Positions 12,120-24,267 of a DNA stretch of 64,000 nucleotides are shown one piece after another. The DNA lies in assembly GCF_009834535.1 (NCBI RefSeq), contig NC_045704.1, positions 67,952,001 through 68,016,000 of the forward strand, in the 5' to 3' direction. The position numbers were made by a program, and so were the translations under genes. How positions within the stretch are numbered: position 1 is the stretch's first letter; every line of letters starts with the position of its first letter. The notes under the pieces are model-generated. The model saw only the letters and a program-made list of their open reading frames with translations, was not told the origin of the DNA and searched no databases. Source of the DNA: Camelus ferus. Lineage: Eukaryota.

Positions 12120-12275
12120 CTGCTGGAGTAGAGGAGCGAGCACCAGGCTTGGAGTAAGAAAAACTGGGTTTGCAATCCTACTTTTCTAATTAGTAGCAGT
12201 GGGACCTCAGATAAACCTAAGCCTCGATTTTCTCATGCAAAATTAGGACAGTGGATCCTTCCTTACTTCCTTGTA
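12120..12275 (+). mobile_element. MIR SINE fragment
   Basis: ggcttggagtaagaaaaactgggtttgcaatcc...gcctcgattttctcatgcaaaattagg. Confidence 0.6.
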
Positions 12276-13344
12276 TTTGTTCACTTACGGATTCATCCCT
12301 CTAGCTGAACGCCTAATTCGGGGAAAGTATTTTTGTAGGTAAACAGACGGCACAGTCCCTGCCTTCATAGGTTGTCATGAAAGTCAGACAGGCAGTCACA
12401 GCAAACTTACCAAGTGCCCAGCGTGCGCCGCAGATTCTGTTCTCTCTCTCATCCTGTGTGCTGGGGGCTTGCATACGTTACCTGTCCTCCTCGCCTAATT
12501 TCAGGGAGTTCTTGCTCCCTGTACCCATCAGGTGACAAGCTCAGTTAACAAACTTGTCCAAAGCTAGATAACGTGTAAGGGGCCTGAATGGGGTTTGAAA
12601 CAAGGTGGCTCTCACTCACAGGACCCTGATTTTTCCAGCAAGTCCTGTCAATATGGAAGTTCTTTACAAACATAAAGCATCGTATAAAAAGAAATATTCT
12701 TTCCTATTATTGTTATCCACATTCATGTGCGATGCGGTAAAAACAGATCAAAACCAAAACCAAAGCCGGAAGTGAGTCTGGGCATGTTACTGTGGGGATT
12801 CTCATTGTAGTGCTTAGAGTCCTGGTTTTGCAGTTTGACGTTTCCATTCTCTTTCTCCCCTGTGGGTGCACACTGTGGATGTTCTTTTTCTGTCTGCAGA
12901 TCATGGCTGGGCTCGTAGTAAATGCATCATTTGAAAAAAGAAAATTGAAATGTTTTTGTTGGCAAGTCACCGTGTCAAGGAGGTTGTGTCCCTCCTTGGT
13001 GATGAAAATGCCAATTTTTCATAAAGAGGCAAAAACTCTCATTTCAAAAGGTTGAATATAATGTTACTTAACTGATTTCAAATGGCTCCTTTTAGGTCAC
13101 TGAAAAAGTCTAAATATAAGAAAGAATAGTCTCTGAGGTCTGTAACATTTTCATTTGATGCAAGCATGGATACATTTTAATTCATTTTAACCTCTTGCCT
13201 TTTGGCATTTGGCTCTTCTGACAGGAAGCATCTGTCTGCTGTGAGCTTTGTTTTAGTACATTAGCCTCCCTTTACCAGGAGTCTATTTTCATATATCTGT
13301 GAAAGCTAAATAAGGCCCCGAATTTTTTGACACAAGATACATAT

Positions 13345-14590
13345 ACTATTTCAGTAGCTTTATTGATTTTAATTGAAATACAGCATACATAGAAAACTGT
13401 AAAAACTGAAAGTGTATTTTTGCAAAATAGACCATTATAAGTACCCCCAAAGCCTTGATCATGCTGCCTATCAAGTGTACTATGCCCAAAGGTAACCACC
13501 ATTCTAATTTCTATTGCAAGAATCAGTCTTGTCTGCTTTTGAACTTCATAGGAATGGCAATGGTGTCCTATAATACGTACCTTTCTGTGTCTGGCTCCAT
13601 TCACTCAACATCACGTTTGTGAGATTCCTCTATCTGTGTAGTAGAAGTTCATCCATCTCTAAGGCTGCGTGACAGTCCATTGTATGAACACACCACAATT
13701 TGTTTCTTATTCATCCCACTTTGTGTAGACATTTCAGTAGTTTCTAGTTTGTCCCTGTTAAAATTACTGCTGCTTTGAATATTTGTGTATACATCATTTG
13801 GTGCATGTATGTATATACTTTTCATGGATGTAGACCTAAGGATGAAACTGCTGGGTATTAGAGTATTAATATTTTATGCTTGAGTAGATACCGTTAGTTT
13901 TCCAAATTGATTGTGAAACTGCATAAGAGCCCCTGTGTCCCTTTCCTTTGAAGTAAAAGGCTTTTGCTTTAGCCTCCCAGGTCTCCCCTGAGTCTCTGAA
14001 GGCTGGTTCAAGAGGTAATGATTAGGAAATGTGAGGATGGAAAAACAAAGAATAGCTGTTGGGCTGGGAAACTGGTGACAATTTGAACTATAAACCAGTG
14101 ACACAACAGGGTCACCAAACTCCCAGTTCCTTGAAAGATACAAAGGTCTGACATGCATTCTTAAGTTGTTTTTACAGGAAGCAGACCCCCACCAGATGAA
14201 AACTGCTGACTTCAAGCATGTAGACCTCAGGTTGAAACCAGAAATTGGTGATGCTCAAAACTTCACCTTGGTACCAGTCAGAGTATTGTATGTGAGCGGC
14301 TCGTGCACCCTGCAGCCCCCTCCCTCACACTACCTTTGAAAGCCCTGTGCCTGCACTGAGGTGTTAGGATGGTTTTTAAGGACATTAGTCCACTACCGTC
14401 TTGGTTAGCTGACTTGCCTTGCCTCAACACCTTGTCACTAGGCTTACTGGCCTGTTGTGCAGTGAGTCGCTGAACCTAAGTTCGGTAACAGTTACACTAA
14501 CCTAAAAATCTCACCAGCAATATATGAGAATTCCTTTTGTTCTACATTCTTACCAGACTTTTTAATATTAGCCATTCTGGGGGAGGGAGG
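13345..14590 (-). mobile_element. Old L1 (L1MC/ME-like) 3' region, interrupted by an ERV LTR
   Basis: ggtaaccaccattcta...ttcactcaacatcacgtttgtgagattc...gctttgaatatttgtgtatac; resumes at 14491 (caccagcaatatatgagaattcc...ttagccattctg). Confidence 0.8.
13912..14490 (+). mobile_element. Solo ERV1-class LTR
   Basis: About 580-bp block interrupting the L1, starting TG and ending ...aagttcggtaaCA, typical of class I LTR ends; TSD not resolved. Confidence 0.65.
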
Positions 14591-14609
14591 GGTATATCAG
14601 TCTATCCAA

Positions 14610-14954
14610 GATTATCCAGGATTATCTAGGTAAGACTAGTGTGATCACAAGAATCCTTAAGAGTAGAAGAGGAAATCAGAAGAGAGAACCAGAGATGGCA
14701 GTATGAGGAAGACTTGGCTCAGTGTTTCTTGCTTTGAAGACAGAGGAATGGGGCCACAGACCAAGGAATGACGGCAATCTTTAGAAGCTGGAAAAGGCAA
14801 GAAAGCAGATTTTGCCGTAGAACTTCTAGAAGGGATGCAGCCCTGCTAACACCTTGATGTTAGCACAGTGAGACCCATGTCGGACTCATTTAGTACTGGA
14901 AGGATAATAATGATTTTGTGGTAAATAGTAGCAACAGCAGTAGGAAATAAATAC
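14610..14954 (+). mobile_element. MaLR LTR (MLT1D-like)
   Basis: gattatccaggattatc...agaagctggaaaaggcaagaaagcagatt...gcagccctgctaacaccttgat...gcagtaggaaataaataca. Confidence 0.85.
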
Positions 14955-16410
14955 ATGTGTGTTCCAGTCTTTTGCCCACATTTCTGTTGGTCCTGTATTT
15001 TTGATACGTAGAGGTTATTGATATATTGTGGGTAAAGTGTTTTATTGAACTTGTTTAGCATTTTGCATCCGTGTTCTTAAGAGAGATTCCCATAGTTTTC
15101 CTTTCTTACAATGTCCTTGTCAAGTTTTAGTAACAAGTTTTAGTAACAAATTAAAATCACTTTGAGATGTGGTCCCTCTTTTTTCATTCTCTCACAAAGT
15201 AGGTATGAGATTACTGTTATTTCTTTCTTAAATGGTGGAATTTACCAGTGAAGCCATATGGGCCTGGAGTTTTCTTTCTGATACGATTTTTTTAATTAAA
15301 TAATTTAATTTGCTTAGTAGGTATAGGATTATTCAGATGTTCTATTTTTTTCTTATTTCATCTTTGATAACCTGTATTTTTTTCAAGGAAAATCTCTTCT
15401 AAATTTTAAAATTCATTTCCATAAATTTGTTTATAATATTTTCTTGTAAAAGTGTTTGTAGGATCTGTAGTGATGCCCTCTTTTCAATCCTGAATTTGGT
15501 AGCATTTGCCTCCCCCCCCTCTCTTTTTTTATCTTAATGAATCTTGCTAGAAATTTATTAATTTTAATGTTTTTAGTGGATAAAATTTGGGCTTTGTTGA
15601 TTTACTCTCTTATGTGTGAATTTTCTATTTTATTAATTTTTTTGCTCTTTTATTTTAGTCTTTATTTATTTATTCTCTAATATAAGTGTATTTTAACACT
15701 AAATATGTGTCTAAGCACTCCTTCTGTTATGAATCTCAAGTTTTGATATTTCTGTTTTACTCATTTAAAAATATTTTCTAATTTCCTTTCTAACTCATTT
15801 CACCCATGGATCATTTAGAAGTACATTGCTTGATTTCCAAGTATTTAGACGTTTCTAGTTATCTTTTTGTTATTTCTAGATTAATTCCTAGATTAATGTA
15901 GTCAGAATGCATATTATCTTTGATTTCAATCCTTTGAAATGTGTTGAGATGTGCTTTATAGCCAAGCATATTATCTGTTTTGGTAAATGTTCATTTTGGA
16001 TTAAAAAGATGTTCACTTTTCAGTTATTGTGAGCAATGTTCCAAATATGTCAAATAGGTTTGGTTTGTTCATCATGTTGTTCGAATCTTCTGTGTCTCTA
16101 TGGTATTTTAATCCCTACTTGTTCGATCAAATAGTGAAGGAGGTATGTTAAAATCTACCATGATTATGGATCTCTCTAGCTCTTTTCATTCTGCTAGTTT
16201 TGTTCAGCTTTTTGAGACTATGTTATACAGTATGTATGGTTATAGAATTATATTATTTTCCTTAGGGATTGACCTTTTTAACATTACAAAATGTCCCTCT
16301 TTATCCTTAATAATCCTCCTTACTTTAAACCTACTTTGTCTGGTGTTAGTGTCACAATGTTAGCTTTCTGTGGTTAGTGTTTGCATGGTATATTCGACAC
16401 CCTCTGTGCA
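14955..16410 (-). mobile_element. Old L1 ORF2-region fragment
   Basis: Long T-rich antisense L1 (ccagtgaagccatatgggcctggagttttc; gttttgatatttctg; aaatctaccatgattatggat). Confidence 0.8.
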
Positions 16411-16599
16411 CTGTCTTATATTCTCTTGGCCTTACATGTGATTCCAGCATTAATTCTGATTCCAGAAATAACTATACAGAAATAAAATTTTAAAATTTGC
16501 CCTATTATAAAGATTTGAGTCAGCATGTCAGTTGGTCTCATATACCAGGAAAACATGGTTAGTGTAATCAATACCAATATATATCCTAATAAAGTTACT

Positions 16600-17150
16600 G
16601 AACCTGAATGTTAAAAAAAAATGGCATCAAGACAAAACTCAAGCCATGTACAAAGTGGAAAGTATCAGGTTGATACTAGATTTCTCCCTACACACTCGAT
16701 ACTAAGAAGCAGCCTCTGTTGCATTCTTGGGGAATGTGTACCCCAGTAATTTTCACATAGGCAAGTTGTACTTGAAGTTTAACAAGCAAACATGTTTGTA
16801 TTCAAGAACTTTAGGAATACAGAATTTATGAAACAGATAGTCCAAATTTAACTGGATAACATAATCCAGCCCATCTAGAGATAAATCAAAATAAAAAATT
16901 TTGAAATGTTGAAAATATAAAAAAAAACACAAGTGATGAGCATTTAATCCATCTAAATATATAACTAAAATTTGAAATCTGCCTCAAATAATGGAATGTA
17001 ACTGTTATAAACCTTAACAGTAGACAAATAAAATAATCAGAAGGGGGAGAAAGTCTAAGTGTATCAATTTCATGCTTTTTTATCATAGGGAATCAATAGA
17101 TTCCACCTAAAGTTAAAACATATAATTTATAATATATAATAAACTCCAGC
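16600..17150 (+). mobile_element. Old L1 ORF1-end / inter-ORF fragment
   Basis: aagtatcaggttgatactagatttctccctacacactcgatactaagaag...tattcaagaacttt resembles the ancient L1 ORF1 C-terminal region. Confidence 0.5.
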
Positions 17151-17904
17151 CTCCCAGCATTTTTCATAATGCTTTTAATTGACTTTTGTGAGATTTTTTT
17201 TGACTTCTCATTCAGTTAATGTAAGTATAATCAAGTTTTCCACTGCATAAATGAGGACAGAGAGACTTGAAACAGTGGTCTCTAGCTGTTACCCATGGCT
17301 GTTTGGGGAGGGTAGGTTTTTAATCATTTTTTCACTTTTGCATTGTTCTTTTCCTTATTGCTTGACTTTTCCTTTTCTTATAATGGACATGCATCATTTT
17401 CTGTAAAATCTATGAAGCCGTTTCTTCTAGAAAAAATAGAGACAGCAGTAGAGCCATCTTTAGTTAGATGGATTTTTCTCACCTTTTTCTAAATTACTTT
17501 TAGGAAGAAACTTTATCTTTTATCTTAAAAGACACTACTGATTGAATTATTCTTTGTCATGGGGAACCTAATATGATCAGTTTTTATTTGGGTATCACTA
17601 ATGAAGAGTGAAATTCTTTTCCTCTGCAACTCCCAGCATTCTATATCATTCAGTATAACCTTTCATATCTCAGTCTTCCCTGTTTTAAGTCAGGTCTGTC
17701 ATCTCTTCTTCTTAGATCTACGAACAGACAGTGTCACCCAAAAGGACACTCTCTGAGGAGCAGGTTGGCGGTGGGGTGCTACTGGTTTGAAAGCTCGTCA
17801 GATTGACAGCCATGCTGCTGTGCGCTACAATAAAGAGTCAAAGAATTAAAATGCAGAGTGCCCTGTTCTATTATCTAAGATGGGGAGGACAGGAGAAATT
17901 AGCT

Positions 17905-18010
17905 TACAGTTATTTAGCACCTAATGTATGCCAGGTATGGTCGCAGCAACCCTGTGAGTTGGGTATTACCGATTTCTTTGTACCCATGGAGAAGGAGAAA
18001 CTTGGTGGGG
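17905..18010 (-). mobile_element. MIR SINE fragment
   Basis: ttagcacctaatgtatgccagg...caaccctgtgagttgggtatta. Confidence 0.55.
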
Positions 18011-18229
18011 GATGGATGGATTGCTCGTGGTCATGTGGCTTCCGGGGAACACCTGTGCTCCACCGTGCCCTCCTCTCTGTTTCTGTTGCTGCTATTTCTG
18101 CATTCTCCTTTGCTTTTTAAAAAATTTTACAGTTTTGTTTATTGCACTCAAAACAAAAATCTCAACATTTTACCTTTGATACATTTTGCTCCAGATTGTT
18201 TTTAACAATTTCTATAAAGACAATAGAAG

Positions 18230-19330
18230 CAGCTGATTCCAGCCAGAATCAAAATTTAGTGGTGAAACGAGATCAAACCACAAAGGGTTAATTACTCTAG
18301 CTCTAATTAAGTGTAGTCTTCTTAAACGAAAGAAAAAAAAAAAAAAACCCTGCTATATCCTGGCAAGAAGCCTGTAAAAAAGGGACGATCTGTCACAGAC
18401 TCACAGAACACAGTAATTAAGGGCTGAAACGCTTCCCAGTCCAAGAACAGGAAGAGTTCACTCGGAGTTAACTATTTAAACAGCATCCCTTGTGAAATGG
18501 CATTGCCACTGTATGTTTTTAGATTGAATTGATTGAATTTCTTACTGTTTGCTTCTAAGTAGGAATGAGAGCCTCCATTAGGAATTGCTAACAGTGCCCG
18601 TTCCGGACTGTCTCAGCCCAGGAGCTCAGCCCGGGACAGAAGAAGAGGGAAGGACTGATGCAGAGTGCCTGTTGTGGATGCTGTAGCCGGAGCCTGGTCA
18701 CAGGGCTAATGTCTGCAGCAGGCAGGAATAATGAACAATTAATGAACCCACGTTGTGTTTACATGTCTCACTTTGAAGCTAATCATTTATGTGCTCTAAG
18801 TAAGATGTTATGCTTTCACAAAAGCATTAAAATATACAAGTAAATGAAAATGTGTACACTGCTCCAAAAGTATGCTTAAATTTTGAGTGTTTCATTTCAC
18901 AGCAGAGCCCCAGTCAGTCAACACGTTCATGTAGTGACACCTGTAACTCACACATGGTGGTGGTTTAATTTAGTGACAGTTGATTTCCTTTCATAAGAAA
19001 ACAATCACCTGAACTCAGCTTCATGGATCGATCCATTGTTCTTTCTTGCTCTTGCTGTTAACCAGTGTTTAGGCTTCACCCAGGGCATCCACTCCAACTG
19101 TACAATATAGCAAATGAACAAAAATGTTGAAATTGTCACTTTCCTCTCACCAAGGTTGTAAGGATTACCATTTTTCTCATCTCACTGGGAATTTGTTTTT
19201 ATGTGCATGTCACACAGTCATTTGTTGTTTATATTAAGGGACCGATTTGGTAAATCATATTTAGCTCTGATGTGGCTTGTGAGCAGAAACATGTTACCCG
19301 CTTTTTAAAAGTGACTAACTCCTTCACTTA
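18230..19330. promoter_or_regulatory. Repeat-free block rich in homeodomain, FOX and RUNX motifs; candidate enhancer
   Basis: TAATTA cores at 18289, 18304, 18414; CAATTAAT at 18736; TGTTTAC at 18756; AACCACA at 18276. Confidence 0.4.
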
Positions 19331-19419
19331 CCTGATAGAAATAATAGGTACTATTTGTTGAGATTTTATTTTTTGTGTGACACTAAACCCTTTCATGCAT
19401 TGTTCTTTTTAATATTTTC

Positions 19420-19560
19420 AACAACTCTATGGAGAAAGTACTATAATTATCTGTGTTTTACATGTGAGGAATCTGAGGTTAGGTTAAATTACCTGTCTAA
19501 GGTCACACAGAGCAGGATTCCACACCCAGAGAGTTTCACCGTGAAGGCCTGGCTGCTGTA
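19420..19560 (-). mobile_element. MIR SINE fragment
   Basis: ttttacatgtgaggaatctgaggttaggttaaattacctgtctaaggtcacacag. Confidence 0.7.
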
Positions 19561-22299
19561 CCATGTGTCCTCTTTAGGGGTACGAATGGCAGGTGCTCTT
19601 GGTCTGTGCACCGGAAGACTGTTTAATGATTACAAGGAGCAAGGGAACCTTTAAGGATCGAACATTACGTTCTGATAGTGGCAGATTAACTAGCAGGATA
19701 TGTCTCGTATCTATACTGGCAAAATTCTAGATCATGTAAATCAGTGAAATGATAGAAGGATGCTTTGAATTTTCATAGCGTTTATCATTTCTGACTACGG
19801 AACGCCATGTAGCAGCAGAGCAAATGAAAAAGTCAACCATTTGTCAAACCAGAGGGAGCTCCTCTTCCTCCATCTTATTCCTTCCTTGTTCTGCTGCTCT
19901 TTTAAAATGTGTTTAAAATCTCATCCCCTAACTATGGGTGTATCGTGTTACTAACTCATGCAATCCATTATCCATTCAAAAAGGCATCTCGCACTGGAGA
20001 AATTGTGATATCCAATGGACCAAGACCATGAATCATTTTATACTTCTTCGGTATGATCCAAACTCTTTGGAGAAACTCTGGCCTCTGGCACAATATTTTC
20101 ACAGTCATAAGAGTTTAGTTTCCTATGAGCTCAGTGGTATTTAACAATAAATCCTGAAATACATGTTTAGCCAAAGCACTGGGAAAATGGATGTCAAGTC
20201 CATTAATCACAGATGAAAAAGATTCTCTGGGTTGGGATGTCAACCAGGCGTAAGCTGTGCCTTGCACTGTAAAATCTATTCAAATGACCTCCCGATTAGG
20301 TCAGCCTGTCCTTCTGCCCTGAGATATATTAAATACAGACCCTGGCAGTTAGAGCTATCATCTTTATGATACCGTAGGCTGTGCATAGTAGATATTTGGT
20401 CATAGGTCAACCGGAAGCAACTCCCGTGTAGCATTTTGCTCACAGCTGTCAGCTTGACCAAATCACATACAAAACTGATATAAAGCTGAATGTCCTGCAA
20501 AGTAAATATATCCATTAGATGAGAAGTATTTCAGGGTAATTTAAAATATTCTGAAAATATGCATTTGAAACTGAAGGGTATATTTAAGATTGATTTGGGG
20601 AAAAGTAAAAGTAAGCAAAAGGGTGTTGACTTCTTATATTGTAGATAAAAGGCAGCACTAAGGAAAAAAATCTGAATTGTACTATCAGAATTGATGTGGT
20701 AGAGAATGTGATGTTGGCATTTGTGACTCTGTTAGAAATGGAGTGATATTAACCTGCTAACCACTTGGAAAGTTGCAAATGCCCATTTATGAAGTCCTGG
20801 TGTAAATGCACAGCTGCACAGTCAGGCACATTTACAACCTGTGAATCGCTAAAGACTTGGGAGGCACATCTCGTCCCTGGCAGATGCTGCCCGCATTCCT
20901 CAGCTCTCCTGGTGGCGTTCAGAAACAGAGGCTGCTTCTGGAAAGAAGGAGAATAAAGACTCCAAAAGGCTTAAGTTAGACTGGCTTTGAAATGAAATGC
21001 ATTTTAAAAGTGTGCTTTAGTGCTGCTGTAAAATGATGCCATTGTTGTGTTTGTCATATTTCTGTTGAAAATGAGACCGTTTGTACCGCGGTAGAGACGG
21101 TGAGCCGGGACGGGGGAACTGGGAGATGCAGGGATGTTTGACGATACTCTTTTCCTTCTTGGGCGCTGGGAAATTCCATCATTGTCATTCACATTAGCAG
21201 AATGTGGAACAGTAGCTGAGCAATGCCAGGATGCCCTCGGGGAGGACCCGAGGCAACTTTGCCTATCGTGCTAACCTCTTGAGTGCCATGTTGCTGGACG
21301 ACTTAATGTTTATGGAGGGTTTAGAGGAAATCATTTAGTGGGAAGTATGATTCTACGAAACATAATGAGTAAATCTAAAATATAGTGATATCATAATGTC
21401 TGGGGACAGCCTTTGCTGTCCAATAATTCTGGTACCTGGGACACAGGGTGGGTGGGGGGGGACACATCCTTTTCACTCCTGCTTTGTATATTCCAGTGTG
21501 AAAATGAGACTGCCCACCCACTCCATCACTCCTGCCCCTCTCACCCTCCTCTACCCTCCTGTACATGCATTCTTGGAAGAAGCCTTCGGGAGACAGAAAA
21601 CATGAAAAAGCCTGCTCACTCACAGCTAACCTACTCTGATCTGCGCATCCAATGAATGCAGTTTCACTCTTTGTCTTGAGACCCATTTCTTTCAGAAACT
21701 TTTTTCTTAATTCTTACGTATTATCCTACACATGTCCCAAAGCTCTAAGTTTGAAGATGAGTGTATTTATGCATTTATTCTTGTGGACATATGATTTGCT
21801 TGTATTTACAAAAAAAATTATTTGTCATCTCCAGTGAGCAAGGGGCTTTGAGTGGAGTACAGGGCGAACAAGATACAGTTTCTGTCCTCCAAGATGCTAC
21901 TCCACAGTCACAGTGAGCACACTGGTTTGCAAGGCGATATGTGCAGTTCTTCCTCCCCACTCCCCAAAATTGGTAGAAAAAAACTATGTAGAACACTCTA
22001 CCCTCTGCCCCAAGGATCATAAGTACTAGTATTTAAAAATAAAATTTGATTAGGAATTGCAGACAGAAAGTCCTATAAAAGATAGCTCATGGTTGAACAA
22101 AGTCTTACTGTGTTTACCTTAGGAGAAAATTCATATTTAAAGAACGTCTAACCCGCTCATCTGGTGTATTCTCTCTGCTTCCTTAATTCCCACCTGTTCA
22201 GTTCACACATGCATCCACTTATTTATCAAGTTTTCTTGAATTTTTCTGTTGTTCCTCAGATAAAAACCCACCATCTAATGGAATAGAAAGATACAAACA

Positions 22300-23070
22300 G
22301 AAAGTTGTAATGCTTAATCAGTTTCTACTAGAAAAGAATGAAGAAAGTGTCGTAGGAGCAAAGATGAGGCAAAAACGAACACGGCTTGGTGAGGAAGTGC
22401 AGGTAGCGTTTTTGGAGGAATAAAGTGAACACGCAAGGGAAGTGTTCCCCAGGCAGCGGAGCAGCGCATATGAAGACACAGAGGCTAGATCAGTCCTGAA
22501 AGGTTGAGGAATGTGGTTATTCAAGGGTTTCTTGAGAACTGGGCTACAGTGAGATCAAAGAGGTGGGAGGGTCAGTAGGAATGTAGAGCGAAGAGTATTA
22601 CGTGGCAGATAAATGAAACTGGACGGTCTTTTTGGCGGAGGGAGTGATGGCAGTTCTTTGAACAGCAGTGTGGCATAATCAGTGTATTACTATAAATATC
22701 ACTTTATAAAAAGAAAGACGTTAGGATGAAATAAAGAGATGCCACCCTTGTGATGTCTGAGAAGTGATGGATGGCCAGCTATAATTCCATGAGGGTGACC
22801 TGGAGAAGAGATACCAGGAGCCCGAATAGGGCGGTGGTAATGGGGCTGAAGAAGAGGGAACATGTGAAGAAGAAGGAGGGGTTGTCAGTAAATATATTAA
22901 ATAGAAGGTGGTGACTAATTTGATCTGAGGTGAGTGAGAGAAAGAAGACTAGAATGATTATAGATTTATCTTATTACCCAATTGGTGCGGTGGCACAAGG
23001 CGTTAAAAGGAGCATGTATTGGGGGCAAGGTGATGAGTTTGGTTTGGGGTGTGTTGAGTTCCAGGTGTCT
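22300..23070 (-). mobile_element. L2 LINE fragment
   Basis: Purine-rich decayed antisense L2 (gtgttccccaggcagcggagcagcgcatatgaagacacagagg; gagtttggtttggggtgtgttgagttccaggtgtctg). Confidence 0.6.
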
Positions 23071-24267
23071 GTTGGGGACTCTTGTCATGTTGGTTTTCAT
23101 TAATAAGGATCTGTAATAATAATAAGGGCAGACCCTTAACTGAAAACAGGCCCTGGCGAGGTGAGGTGTGATGGAGAAACAGGAGGCTCCAGCGCGCAGT
23201 GGGGAGGCCTGTTGCGCCATGAACAGTGAGGTTTTTCTCATCTTCTTAAAAACTTTCCTCTTGCTTGACCCAGGCTTCATTTAAGTTTCAATTTTAGAAT
23301 TTTTGTTTGAGAGAAACGTCTTACAGAGCAGTGGAGATAAGGTTAACTTGTTCCTTTTGAAGGCAGGCTGATTACTGAGGTGAGAGAGGCCAGCTATGAT
23401 CCAAAATAGCACAGAGTTTGTCCTGTTCAACTAGGAGTCAAAGTCTCTAGCGTCCTCTAGTAACATATATCCATTCTTAGAGCCTTGCAAATGCCGTCTT
23501 AATCTGAAAAGTGCCTTTTCGATAATGCGGTTTTCAGGTAAAGTGAAATCTTCCCTCTCTCCTTCAGTCCAGTCCCTCTCTCTCTCTCTCTCTCACATAC
23601 ACATGACTAAATTACTAGTAAATAGAGGCTGCTTTGCATGCCATTTGCCCTACACATGGACCAGAGCACTGAAGGAATTCTCTGTCCTGACCCTAGTGAT
23701 ACTTGTTATTTGACTTCTTAAATTAATTTTTTATTTGTAATCTCAGGTTTTGTTGACCTTAGAGAACTCTCCGAAAGAGCAATCTGAGGACCGATTTCAG
23801 TGTGTAGACAGACATACGAAGAATGAGAACTAATAGTGTTGTCAGATGGGTCGAATTTTGCATTCCTATTCGAAGGTCATTAAGTGCAAATTCCATTAAG
23901 GTTGTACTTAGATCAGATTTCTTTTAAACCATTTTTTTTATCTTTAGTTTGAAAATCTATAAAATAATTTATGATCCAGGATATTTCTTAGGGAAGAGAA
24001 GCTGAGTTGTAAAAATAAATATAATGACCATGGCTAAAAATAAGATCTTATTACACTGAACCTTCATTGATTTCAATATGAAACAAGGGTTCAGAGGTGA
24101 ATGGATGAATCTGCAATTGAAAATACTCATTTGGAGAAAATGAAGACCTTGATGTCACCAACAGAATTTCTTCTGGAGTCTTGAAGTGATAGACTGGTTT
24201 GGTTCTGAGCAAATGCTAGCATGTGGGTGTGAATTGGCTAAGGGAGTCTTGGCGGTGGAACAGTATA

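Noticed and set aside
15121-15150. Short tandem duplications (caagttttagtaa x2; also near 35066, 52981 and 54226)
   Set aside because: Ordinary slippage duplications; no repeat-spacer structure, so not CRISPR-like
16992-17001. tggaatgtaa matches the 5' end of miR-1/miR-206
   Set aside because: Only 10 nt, inside a decayed L1, no hairpin partner
3262-20451. CAGCTGTCA (E-box/MEIS composite) at 3262 and 20443, and AGATTGACAG near 17800
   Set aside because: A 9-mer is expected about 0.5 times by chance in this window; two hits are not significant without conservation data
21004-21192. 62-aa minus-strand ORF with an NLS-like RPRRKR
   Set aside because: No convincing splice sites or recognised homolog; not reported as a CDS
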